Shown here: positions 1 to 9,426 of the stretch, piece after piece
Numbering within the stretch: position 1 is the stretch's first letter
How the letters are laid out: every line of letters begins with the position of its first letter
Assembly (NCBI GenBank): GCA_963704495.1
Contig: OY969911.1
Coordinates: 1,764,060-1,828,059, forward strand
Reading direction: 5' to 3'
Length of the DNA stretch: 64,000 nt
DNA from: an uncultured Solirubrobacteraceae bacterium
Lineage (GTDB): Bacteria; Actinomycetota; Thermoleophilia; Solirubrobacterales; Solirubrobacteraceae
Translations under genes and position numbers: made by a program
Notes under the pieces: model-generated
Told to the model about the DNA's origin: nothing
The model's database searches: none
Seen by the model: the letters and a program-made list of their open reading frames with translations, nothing else

Positions 1-881
1 TCCTCAAGGAGGCTGACGCCAAGCTACGCGCACTGCGCGCCGGCGGCCATCGCGATGCGGGTGCCCTCGCGATCGCCGCGGACGCTTCGCACGCGCGCCA
101 GATCGCAAAGCTTTTGAGCGAGGCGACCGGCCGCACGCCGGTCGTCGTGCTTCACACCGAGGCGCGCGCCGCGCACAAGCTCGCCGACTTTCGCAGCTCG
201 CGCGAGCCGTGGATCGTCGCCGTCAACATGGTCTCCGAGGGCGTGGACATCCCACGCCTGCGCGTCGGCGTCTACGCGAGCGCCGCGAAGACGCCGCTGA
301 TCTTTCGCCAGATTGTCGGGCGCTTCGTGCGCACGATCCCGGGGAGGGCAGCCGAGCCGAGCTGGCTCTACCTGCCGGCCGACCAGACCCTGCGTGGCCA
401 TGCAGCCGACGTGGAAAGCGAGCTGCGCCACGTCCTGCGACGCGAGGAGCTCGGCGAGGGGCTTGACGAGCTCGCCGAGCGGCGCGCGAGCGAGCCGTCA
501 CCGAGCCCCGATTTCGTGCCGCTGAGCGCCGAGTTTGCTGCGCAGATGACGCTGTTCGGCGCCCCCCAGGCCGCTCGTGGGTCCGCTCCAGAGCCCGCCA
601 CTGCGAGCCTTGCCGACTCGAGGCTCTCCGTGCCCGCGCCGCAGCCGGCTCCGCTCGCGGCCTTTGAGCAGCGCGCCGAGCTACGGCGAGAGCGCAGTCG
701 TCTCGTCGGAGAGCTCGCCCGCCGCGAAAGACGCAGCCATCGCGAGATCAACGCGTGGCTGAACCGGGTCGTCGGCATCGAGCGCGTGAATGATGCGACG
801 ATCAAGCAGCTCGAGCGCTCCGTGGGCGCCCTCGTGAAGGAGCTCAGCCGAGGCGGGCCTGCTCGCGCTCGGGCACACTAG
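1..881 (+). CDS. SF2 (DEAD/DEAH-like, ResIII-type) helicase, C-terminal part (5' truncated by window)
   Basis: Helicase C motifs WIVAVNMVSEGVDIPRL and FRQIVGRFVR; frame open to the window start. Confidence 0.8.
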   Translation, partial: LKEADAKLRALRAGGHRDAGALAIAADASHARQIAKLLSEATGRTPVVVLHTEARAAHKLADFRSSREPWIVAVNMVSEGVDIPRLRVGVYASAAKTPLIFRQIVGRFVRTIPGRAAEPSWLYLPADQTLRGHAADVESELRHVLRREELGEGLDELAERRASEPSPSPDFVPLSAEFAAQMTLFGAPQAARGSAPEPATASLADSRLSVPAPQPAPLAAFEQRAELRRERSRLVGELARRERRSHREINAWLNRVVGIERVNDATIKQLERSVGALVKELSRGGPARARAH

Positions 882-968
882 CCCGGCCGCGCCGGCTGTG
901 AGCAGTGACGTTCAGACTCGCCTTACGGTTCGATCCAGCCGAGGGCCTCGTCGCTCATCGTCCGTCGC

Positions 969-1199
969 TCAGAGCTCCGCGCGCTCGAACAGTTCGCTGG
1001 CCGTCATCCTCAACCCAGCCGCGATCTTGGCGATCGTGTCGACGGTCAGATTGAACTCGCCGCGCTCGATTGCGCCGTAGTAGGAGCGGTCCAGATCGGC
1101 GTGCGTGGCGAATGCTTCCTGACTGTGCCCGGCGTCCTTACGGGCGGCTCGGATGGCTTGGCCGAGCGCTTGGTTGGCTGGCGACTTCTTACCGGGCAT
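969..1199 (-). CDS. XRE-family HTH regulator, RM controller (C) protein-like, copy 1
   Basis: 76 aa, SQEAFA..ADLDRSYYGAIERGEFNLT. Confidence 0.85.
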   Translation of the reverse strand: MPGKKSPANQALGQAIRAARKDAGHSQEAFATHADLDRSYYGAIERGEFNLTVDTIAKIAAGLRMTASELFERAEL

Positions 1200-1217
1200 G
1201 GGTGCGAGCTTGTTCCA

Positions 1218-1257
1218 TTGACGCGGAAGATTCCACGGGATACGATTCCACGGGACA
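1218..1257. promoter_or_regulatory. Sigma-70-type promoter TTGACG-N17-TACGAT overlapped by a double operator (GATTCCACGGGA x2, 15-bp period)
   Basis: TTGACG 1218-1223, TACGAT 1241-1246; repeats at 1229-1240 and 1244-1255. Confidence 0.7.
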
Positions 1258-1282
1258 TGACCAGTGCCCCAGAGGCCGGCCG

Positions 1283-1504
1283 GTGCAGAGCGCAGAGTAT
1301 CTAGTGGTCGTCCAGCTCCTCGATCGCGCTCGCGGTCGCGACCGCGAGACGCTGCACCGGGCGCTTGGCCATCGCGAGCGCAAGGAGATCGACGCAGCGC
1401 TCGCGAGCTTGGAGAGGGCGGGCGTCCTGACGGTTTCCGGGCGGACCGTCAGGGCGTCCCCTGCGCTCGCTCGCCTCGAGCAATTGAACCTGATCGCGGT
1501 GTGA
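1283..1504 (+). CDS. Small hypothetical protein, possible winged-helix
   Basis: GTG start; EIDAALASLERAGVLTV resembles a wHTH recognition helix and wing; lies downstream of the promoter at 1218. Confidence 0.55.
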   Translation: MQSAEYLVVVQLLDRARGRDRETLHRALGHRERKEIDAALASLERAGVLTVSGRTVRASPALARLEQLNLIAV

Positions 1505-1689
1505 TGCCGACGTCCTCAGACGAGCTGACGTCTGCCGAGCAGGAGGCTTGGAGGGAAGTGCAGGAGGCCGAACGCGCGCTCGAACTGGCGCAGCTTCGCC
1601 TGTGGACGGTGAGCGACCAGCAGCGGCGACCGGAGCGGGGGCATCTGCGCGTGATCGACGGCGGTGCACCCTGCGACGCACACCGCTGA
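1504..1689 (+). CDS. Small hypothetical protein (61 aa)
   Basis: TGATG overlap with the upstream ORF; helical, with an HLRVIDGG tail. Confidence 0.45.
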   Translation: MPTSSDELTSAEQEAWREVQEAERALELAQLRLWTVSDQQRRPERGHLRVIDGGAPCDAHR

Positions 1690-1697
1690 CGCTGTAT

Positions 1698-1727
1698 CTA
1701 TCCGGTGGGGTCTTGTCCCGTGGTATC
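1698..1727 (+). promoter_or_regulatory. Second double operator upstream of XRE copy 2
   Basis: TATCCGGTGGGGTC-T-TGTCCCGTGGTATC; the proximal site ends 29 nt before the start codon, the same spacing as for copy 1. Confidence 0.65.
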
Positions 1728-1756
1728 AACAGCGCCAATCGGACAGGCTGCCGATC

Positions 1757-1978
1757 GTGTCTTCCGAGACCGCCACTGCCGTTGCCGACGCGATTCGAGT
1801 CGCGCGCACCGCCAAGGGCTTCACGCAGGAATCCTTCGCCGCGCACGTCGGCCTCGACCGCAGCTACTACGGCGCGATCGAGCGCGGCGAGCACAACATC
1901 ACGCTCGACACGCTGACGGCGATCGCGGAGGGGCTTGGCACGCCTGCGTGGAAGCTGCTCAGGCGGGCGCATATCTGA
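1757..1978 (+). CDS. XRE-family HTH regulator, controller-like, copy 2
   Basis: 73 aa from GTG, TQESFAAHVGLDRSYYGAIERGEHNIT; directly upstream of the REase. Confidence 0.85.
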   Translation: MSSETATAVADAIRVARTAKGFTQESFAAHVGLDRSYYGAIERGEHNITLDTLTAIAEGLGTPAWKLLRRAHI

Positions 1979-2037
1979 GGTGGCTATGACAGCGGGGTCG
2001 GCAGGCACCCTCGGCTCGACGCCGAATCCTCTGTGAG

Positions 2038-3556
2038 ATGGCACGCGTCGCCTCGATCCCGTCGCTCGGGCCTTGCTGCAGCGCCGGCTGCCCGGCGCTC
2101 GGCGAGATCGAGCGCCTGGAGTACCTCTTGGCCGACCCGGCGGACGCCAACAACATCTCCGGACACGAGCAGAGGGAGTTCATCGCAGCGTTCCTCGCGG
2201 CCAGCGCGAAGGCCGCCCACCTGTATGAGCAAGACCCCCTGCTGGGGGGAGCCGACGACCTGACCCGCGGCGGCGCTCTGCTTGGCTGCCTGTTTGACCT
2301 GTGCACGAATCTCGAGTACGTGGTTCGCACCAACTGGCCTGACAGACTGGCTTGCCTGCGCCGGTGCTGAGCACCCGGAGACGTCGGCCAAGCTAGACGT
2401 GGAGCGCACGGAGGAGCCACTCGAGCCAGTCTCCGACGACCCGTCTCTGCCGGAGGTGCAGGATGCGCTGGAGGCGTCCCTGTCGGCCTTGGGCTCTCGC
2501 CCCGCGGCCCGCGGCGCCGGTTTTCAGCCGCGCTACTACTTCAGCTTCCTCCGAGCCTGCCCGCGCTGCTCCTATCACTGGGGACACATTCCACCGGTCC
2601 CCGGGAAGCCCGCCACCGGCAACTTCTCCCCCCACATCAAGGTCGTCGGACACAAGCCGACCTCCGGCCCGCTCGGTGACATCACCAGCGGCCTGATGGC
2701 GCTACTCCTGCAGGTCGTGCTGCGCGTCAACGGCGGCTCGTCCTTCGACGCCAAGCACGTCACGAAGCAGAACCACCCGATCGACCTCGTGATGCTTTCG
2801 CCGCAGCACTTCGTCGCGGCGGAGACTAAGGCCAGCCCGCTGGTGACCTACCCGATAGCCGCACATGGGTCAGCTCTGGCCGCCGACCACGGCGACAGGA
2901 ACGCGATCCCGTCCGACGCCGCGCTCTCCCTCTATGTTCCACACCGCGACTGGGAGATCGATCTCGGCCCGGCGGGCGACCTGCCGTGGCCGTTCGACGC
3001 GATGCGCCGGCGGCTGGAGGAAGACTCCGCAATCGCCGTCCGGCTGGTTTCGTCGTGGTATCAGCTGTTTCTCGCATACCAAGTGCCGAAGCGACTGAGA
3101 CGAACCAAGGTCCAACGCCTGTCCTACTTGACCAACGGCTGGGGCGACAACACCGACTCCAACAAGACCAAGGCCGGACTCGGTCGCAGCGATGACATGA
3201 AGAAGGGCACCTACCAGATGCTCCACTTCGGGACGCTGCTGAAGGATCGCTGCATCAAGCATGCAGTGCTGGTGGCGCTGCTGGCCAACATGGATCCGGT
3301 GAACATGTACGCCGAGTACCTGCAGCCCCTCCAAGACGCCCTTTGGACAGTCGCCGAAGGCATCGAGGACGGTGACACGATCTCCTTTCCAGCCGACCGC
3401 GTGCATCGTCTGTATGACGGGATCATCACGTTCAATCGCGTGCACCCAGACGACGGACCGCTCGCTGAGCCGCTGAGCCTGTCGAAGTTCTGGGCCGAGA
3501 TCCAAGCGTCGGAGGCCCTCGCTAGTGTGGCGGAATGGGCCTCCAGCTCGCCGTAG
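2038..3556 (+). CDS. Putative type II restriction endonuclease, PD-(D/E)xK fold; +1 frameshift near 2340
   Basis: IDLVML..FVAAETKASP motif; overlaps the MTase start; ORFs 2038..2370 and 2282..3556 join into ~505 aa if one base is removed. Confidence 0.65.
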
Positions 3557-5427
3557 TCCTACGCGCAAACGTCGTCCTCGACAGCGACGTCGAACTCGCC
3601 GCCCGCGAGCTCGCGACGCTCGGCGGAAGCCGTCCACTCCCATTGCAAGAGCTGGCACCCGCAATTGCGGATTGCCTCGGCAGCTCTGCCGACTGCGAGC
3701 CGGCAGAGCTGCTTGGGCGCGCGCTGTCGGAGCGTCCGGGCGCGGTGCGCGGCTTCCGCCTCGACGACGTCTCGCCTGACGCATTCCAGCGCGTCGTCAA
3801 GCGTTCGGCCTACAGCCAGGAGGTCTTTGCGTCGCCGGGTGATCACCGAGTCGTCCCGGCCCTGACAAGCCGATTGGCCGACGGCTACTTGGCGATCGCG
3901 CTGCCGGCCTTGCTTGAGACCCTGGACGGGATGATCCCCTGGATGCATCGCCAGTCCGATCGTCCCGTCGCCATCGACAGGATCGTTGGGTACCTGCTCG
4001 GGCAGGGCCTCGGGCCGGGACTTTCCACGTCTCAGATCGATCGCGCGCTCACGCGACGTGGAACTCTGCACCTCGCGCACGACCTGCACGTCTATAAGGC
4101 AAAGTTCTTCCCTCGCTTCGTCGGCGCGCTGCTAAACATCTTCGGCCCCGAGGAGGGAGGCGTGATGGTCGAGCCGTTCGCCGGCTCGGGAACCGCCCTG
4201 TTCGAAGCGTCGATTCGCGGCATGACCTCGATCGGCTTTGACATCGATCCGATCAGCGCGATGATCAGCGCTTGCAAGGTGACTCCGTTCACGCGCGAGC
4301 CAGATCATCTCGACGCGCTGGCTGCGAGCGTCCTGGGCTCGATCGACGAGGCCGAGGTGCGCGACGAGCTTGAGCACGCGCTCCTGCCGGATCTGATCCG
4401 CGAGCGGCTACTCGCGAGAGATCGGCGCGAAGGCACATCCTTCGTGGAGGAGATCGAGGTCGATGCCGGTCTGATCTCAGCGGCGATCAGGCCGTTTACC
4501 GGCGCCGACCGCCTGCTCCTCGACACGCTTTTCAGCGATGCTCTGACCAAGAAGGTTCGCTACCGCTTCGTCGGCGTTGGAAACGGCCGTTACACGTTCG
4601 CAGTGACGAAGCAGCGGCTGGTCACACGCTTTCGTCGCAAGCTCTTGGACATCAGCGTGATGGCGTCGATCCTGAGGTGGACAGCGACGCACGTTCAGCC
4701 GATGGCTCCCTCCTCGGCCCAGGTGGGCGATGCCTGCGACCTGCCGCTGACAAGCGGAGTCGCGGACGTGATCGTCACGAGCCCCCCCTACCTTCCCGCG
4801 TCCTCGGGGCGAGAGCACTATGCACTGGCTCGTGCGATCCCGCTCGCCCTCGTGGGCATCGGCTCGGATCTGGAGCTCGATGCCTTGAACTCGAAAGCAC
4901 TCGGCGCTGTCACAGGCTGTGACTGTCCGCCAGATCCCATGCTGCACGCGGCGCTCGAGCATTTGCCCGACTGCGCGCTCTCAGAGCCATCTGCGGTCGA
5001 TGAGCAAGACGTGCCGCCGCTTGGCGCTGAGCTGCTGGCGTTCTTGGCACAGGACCCCCAGCGACGCCTAAAGCATCGGCCCACCCTGGAGTACTTCGGC
5101 GCGCTGTCGCAGTCGACCCGAGAGGCGTTCAGGGTGCTGCGTCCAGGCGGGCGATTGATCATCGTGGTTCCGCGCGAGAGCATCTTCTATGAGAGTCAGT
5201 CGCGTAAGACGCTGTTCGTCTGCCCAGCCGGAGATCTGATGGCGGAGATCGGCCAAGCTGCGGGCTTTGAGCTGGAGGACATCGTCGATATGGAGCTGCT
5301 CAAGCTTGGGACGCCAAACGCGCGCCCCAGGGCGAGCGATGCCTACTACGAGCGCGCCGTCGTGCTTCGCGTGCCCAACGAGCAGGCCATGGCCGGGGTT
5401 GGGCCCGCGCTCGCAGCGGCAGCCTAA
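3535..5427 (+). CDS. Amino (probably N4-cytosine) DNA methyltransferase, alpha-class motif order
   Basis: HVYKAKFFP, EPFAGSGT (motif I), later VIVTSPPY (motif IV). Confidence 0.9.
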   Translation: MGLQLAVVLRANVVLDSDVELAARELATLGGSRPLPLQELAPAIADCLGSSADCEPAELLGRALSERPGAVRGFRLDDVSPDAFQRVVKRSAYSQEVFASPGDHRVVPALTSRLADGYLAIALPALLETLDGMIPWMHRQSDRPVAIDRIVGYLLGQGLGPGLSTSQIDRALTRRGTLHLAHDLHVYKAKFFPRFVGALLNIFGPEEGGVMVEPFAGSGTALFEASIRGMTSIGFDIDPISAMISACKVTPFTREPDHLDALAASVLGSIDEAEVRDELEHALLPDLIRERLLARDRREGTSFVEEIEVDAGLISAAIRPFTGADRLLLDTLFSDALTKKVRYRFVGVGNGRYTFAVTKQRLVTRFRRKLLDISVMASILRWTATHVQPMAPSSAQVGDACDLPLTSGVADVIVTSPPYLPASSGREHYALARAIPLALVGIGSDLELDALNSKALGAVTGCDCPPDPMLHAALEHLPDCALSEPSAVDEQDVPPLGAELLAFLAQDPQRRLKHRPTLEYFGALSQSTREAFRVLRPGGRLIIVVPRESIFYESQSRKTLFVCPAGDLMAEIGQAAGFELEDIVDMELLKLGTPNARPRASDAYYERAVVLRVPNEQAMAGVGPALAAAA

Positions 5428-5543
5428 GCCGAACACCTGTCGGACTCTCTGTGGGTGCGACGGCGATGACGCGTCCGGCTACCGCTGTCGGGCCAAAGGG
5501 TGCGACACAATGCCGCAAACGCGCATTCCAGAGCCAAATGAGG

Positions 5544-5590
5544 AGTGCCGGAGGAGGGACTCGAACCCCCGACACGCGGATTATGATTCC
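5544..5590 (-). repeat. att site: 47-bp duplicate of the tRNA-Met 3' half
   Basis: Identical to 14255..14301 (AGTGCCGGAGGAGGGACTCGAACCCCCGACACGCGGATTATGATTCC). Confidence 0.95.
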
Positions 5591-5672
5591 TTCTCGGCTC
5601 CCCGGAATTGGCTCTGCTAAGCGGATCTAAGCCCAAGAAAAGTGGCCTATTTGCGAGCCGGTCCGGCCCTCT

Positions 5673-5693
5673 AGGGAAATCCTGGGGAAATCC
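5673..5693 (+). repeat. Tandem GGGAAATCC repeats, putative integrase arm site
   Basis: AGGGAAATCCTGGGGAAATCC; matched by AGGGAAATCCTTCGGGAAATAC at 14185-14206. Confidence 0.55.
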
Positions 5694-5748
5694 CGTGCCC
5701 TCTGCGCAACTCGTTGGCCGTTCCGAGACGTAGGGGGTCTATACCGGC

Positions 5749-7395
5749 ATGAGCCATCAGAAACGGCCGACGGGCCACCTGCAGGTCAAGCTCGACAAGA
5801 ACGGTCGCACGCGTTCCTTCTGGGCATTCTGGCGCGATCGCCAGGGTCGGAAGGGCGGGCGATGCCTAGGCCCAGCGCACGTCCGTGACTCTGGCAGACG
5901 GACTGCTCGCGGCGCCGTCGTCTGGCGCGCCGGCCACGGTCCAAAGCCCGGCCCGGAGTTTCTGACGCCGAAGGAAGCCCAAGCTTGCCTTGAGACGATC
6001 CTCGAAGAACTCCGGGCGACTACGGAGGTCGAGCAGGTCGCCGAGCACACGCTCCAGCAGGCAGTCGAAGGGTGGTTGGCCGAGCGCAAGAGGGAGACGG
6101 GACTGAAGCGCTCGACGATCGCCGGCTATGAGGACATGTTCGAGCGTATGTTCCGAGAGCTGGGCGCCGAAACGCCAGTGTGCTCGCTCGCGGACGGGCG
6201 CTTGCGCGCATACTTCGCCGACTTCAAGTCCTATCGCGTGCTGAGCGAGGCGAAGGCACGCGAGGCTCTTGCAGAAGGCAAGAACGTGCAGCAGCTCACG
6301 ATCGAGCGTTGGACTGCGCAGCCGGCCGAGAGCCAGGCGATAGAGGTCGCGACGAAGGACGAAGCGGTACGGCTTGCCGACGAGTTGCCGGGGACGTGGA
6401 AGCATCGGCGGCGCGGCTGCTACCGCGTCGTCCCGCTCGACGCGCAGCGACCACGGCGCGTCTCGCGCGCAACGGCGATGGCCCTGCAAGCGGAAAGCTG
6501 GATCGTCAAGCGTCGAACGACGAAGCCCTGGATGCTCGTGACGCCGGCAGCTGCACAGACACGCAATACCTATCGGGACATCCTTGCTGCATCGCTCGAC
6601 TACGCCGTGCGCGAGGGGTGGCTCGATTCGAACCCTCTGGCCTCGGTCAAACGCGTGAGCAAACGCCACGAGCGCGAGCGCATTCTTCGCAGGGACGACT
6701 TCTACGACCCCGAGGAGGTCGACCGGCTTCTGAAGTGTGCCCCAAGCGTGTTCGAGGAAGCGTTCTGGCTGTGTGGTGCCCACGCCGGGCTCCGTCTCCC
6801 TGGAGAGGCGTTGGGGCTCCGCTGGGGAGCCGTCGACTTTCAGCCGGGCGTGATACGGCCCTACGACAACTGGGTGCGCAACGAGATGGACACCACGAAG
6901 ACGTCCGACTCAGAGGCGATCCCGATGACACCTCGACTGACGAGGGCCTTGTCGCATCTCAGAAGCAGGGGATACGCAATCGGCGATCACGACTTCGTCT
7001 TCGTGAGCGAGTTGACCCTCGACTCGCCCGTTTCGGAACGGCCTATTCGCCACGCATTCAAGGTTGCCGCAGACGAGGCTGGTCTGAAGCCAATCAAGAT
7101 GTACAACCTGCGCCACTCGTTCGGGACGACGCTGGCACGCAACGGCGTCGACATCAGGACGATTCAGGCGCTCATGCGCCACGATCGGCTGAGCACGACG
7201 GAACAGTACATGGCGTATTCGCCGCGGCCGGATCTTGCCGCGCAGATCGCTCGGGCGCTCGATCCCCACGGTTCTGACGGAAGCAGCGCGTCCGAGGCGC
7301 CAGGTTCCTTGGCGGCAGTCCTTGAGCAGCTCGAGGAACAGATCCCCGCACGCTGGCTACGTGAGGTCGAACGAGTGCTGGTTGACCAGGCTTAG
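5749..7395 (+). CDS. Tyrosine recombinase/integrase
   Basis: AGLRLPGEALGLRW (R), YNLRHSF, LMRHDRLSTTEQY (H, Y). Confidence 0.93.
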   Translation: MSHQKRPTGHLQVKLDKNGRTRSFWAFWRDRQGRKGGRCLGPAHVRDSGRRTARGAVVWRAGHGPKPGPEFLTPKEAQACLETILEELRATTEVEQVAEHTLQQAVEGWLAERKRETGLKRSTIAGYEDMFERMFRELGAETPVCSLADGRLRAYFADFKSYRVLSEAKAREALAEGKNVQQLTIERWTAQPAESQAIEVATKDEAVRLADELPGTWKHRRRGCYRVVPLDAQRPRRVSRATAMALQAESWIVKRRTTKPWMLVTPAAAQTRNTYRDILAASLDYAVREGWLDSNPLASVKRVSKRHERERILRRDDFYDPEEVDRLLKCAPSVFEEAFWLCGAHAGLRLPGEALGLRWGAVDFQPGVIRPYDNWVRNEMDTTKTSDSEAIPMTPRLTRALSHLRSRGYAIGDHDFVFVSELTLDSPVSERPIRHAFKVAADEAGLKPIKMYNLRHSFGTTLARNGVDIRTIQALMRHDRLSTTEQYMAYSPRPDLAAQIARALDPHGSDGSSASEAPGSLAAVLEQLEEQIPARWLREVERVLVDQA

Positions 7396-7497
7396 CGGCT
7401 TGCTCTGCTTCACCTCGCTACTGCAACTCGGCGAGCGCTTTCGGAGACGCCGCATCGCCGCCGCTGACTATGCGCGCATCCCGCTGTCCTCGAAGGT

Positions 7498-9331
7498 TCA
7501 ACCCGACCAGCGGTCCTCCGGTCGCGCCGAGGAGCTCTCCCGTGCCAGGCGGCGTGCCCTAGCACGCCAGCGCCAACCGTAACCGTCACTGCGAGCGCGG
7601 TCCCGGAACGCTGCACGGTAGACGGCAGCAGCCACTAGCAAGGCGATCACGACCCCTACGACCCGCAGCCCGATGTGCCCGAGCTTGTCCGAGCGGGTCC
7701 CCACGAAGTTCCCGAGCAGCGCGACCGCGACGGTCACCACCGTCAGCGCCGTCAAGCCGCTCAAGATGCTGCTCGTCCGGCGAGCTCTGCGAGCGGCGGC
7801 CTGCTGCACCCGCCGCTCACTCTGATCTTGAAGCACCTTCACCTTCAGATCGACCCCGTCAACAAGGGGTTGGAACTTCGTCACGTCGGTGATCAGCTCC
7901 CACATCGCGAACTCATCGCCGCCGAGACTCGCCAACGCGCTGTCGAGCCTGCCGCGCGCCTGCATCACGCGCATGTAGTCCCCGAACACCTTGTCCGCAT
8001 CGGCTTCCAGACCCGACAGAGAGTCCGGCGGCCCGAGACGCCCGCCTTCAAGTAGAGCCAGCAGCCCTCGGTCGATCTCCATGTACAGCGCGATGTAGGC
8101 CCAATGCAACTCGATCAGCCGCAGAGGAATCTCTGCCCCCGACGCGCCGGCCTCGGCGACCACCGCACTCCATCCGATCCCGGCGACGAACACCCCGCCA
8201 GGTATCCCGACCATCCCGTGGAACGTCGGTGCCAACTCGCGCGCCGCTGCTTGGACCTGGGCGCGCTCGGAAACGCTCACCATGTGTACCGGGTGAAGCC
8301 ACAGCAACCGACCCCAATCCGGTGACTCCCCGTCTCCCGGTTCGGAGCCGCCTCGAAGTGCTCGCAGGAACGGCGTCAGCCAAGCCTCCTCGGCGGCATC
8401 GGGGATCGCCCTGCTGATCGCGGCAGCGTACTGGGCGGTCGTCTCCCGAGCCACCACGCGCAGCGCGCTGGTCACCGCGGATTCAACGCCACCGTGATCG
8501 TCTGGCTTCAACCACACCGCTCGCTTCAACCTCGCCGCCACATCAGACAGCGAGTCCGAGTTGCCCGTCCTGACGCACAACGTCAAGTTCAAGATCGCCA
8601 TCCCCAGGTCGTAAACGTCGACCCGTAGCGACACCGCCTCAACGTCCCAATCCTTGGTTAGCCCCTGCCACCAGTCGCGCTGTGGGCGGCCTGTCGCGGC
8701 GACCGCCTGCTCCCAGCGTTCGAGCAGGCCCGGCCCGTCGCGTCGCGCGAGCACGAGCGGGAGCATGCTTGCGAACCCGCCGCCGGAGTGGTAGGTCCCG
8801 CCTTGGCGCCACGACTCGATGTTCGCCGACCACGTCTCGTCGCCAGCGCGTTTTAACGTCTCGACAAGATGCTGCTGAAGCTCGTCGTACTCGCCCACCG
8901 GCACGCGCAACGGGCGGCCGGTCAAGAACGCGCCGGTGACCGCAACCTCGACTGAACGTGAACTCGTTCGTTCCGCGACCAGCTCCGGCCCAACGCTTTG
9001 GATCGGGGGGGGGGGGGGGGTGAAGTCGCTCTCGAAGCGAGAGTGCGAACGCGATCAGAGCCGCCTCATGGGGCAACGGGTCGGCTCCGCGCTCGCCGCT
9101 CTCGGCGATCTCCGCTTCGACCATCGCGACGATCCGCTCCGCCAACTCGCGACGCTCAGCCGGCGTCTGGCAGTCCGGGCAGACATCCATGCCGTCGATC
9201 TCTCCCCAAGCGCGCAGCGACGCGAACGGAAATGTCTCGGTCGATGTGGCCGTCGCCAACAGCTCCCCGAAATCCTGAAACTCCGCAGGCCGTCGTGAGC
9301 GCCCGCAGCGAGAGCAGCGGATATCGGGCAT
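7498..9331 (-). CDS. Membrane protein with N-terminal CxxC..CxxC, coiled coil and 2 C-terminal TM helices; interrupted at a G16 tract (9005-9020)
   Basis: ORF 8639..9331 (CSRC..CPDC) and ORF 7498..8925 fuse in frame (~610 aa) if the tract is 15 or 18 nt. Confidence 0.65.
9005..9020. repeat. G16 homopolymer
   Basis: Seen directly. Confidence 0.95.
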
Positions 9332-9426
9332 AGGACCCGCAACGATACCCAGCGCTCCAGCGCGACCGACATATGGTTTGATCCCGAGGGTTGAACGAGT
9401 CCAACTGGAGCCGTCAGGAACTTCCC

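Noticed and set aside
843-968. Left att site for the RM block
   Set aside because: No convincing match to the tRNA 3' end
5544-5590. Second tRNA gene
   Set aside because: Only the 3' half is present; there is no D arm or 5' acceptor strand, so it is an att site
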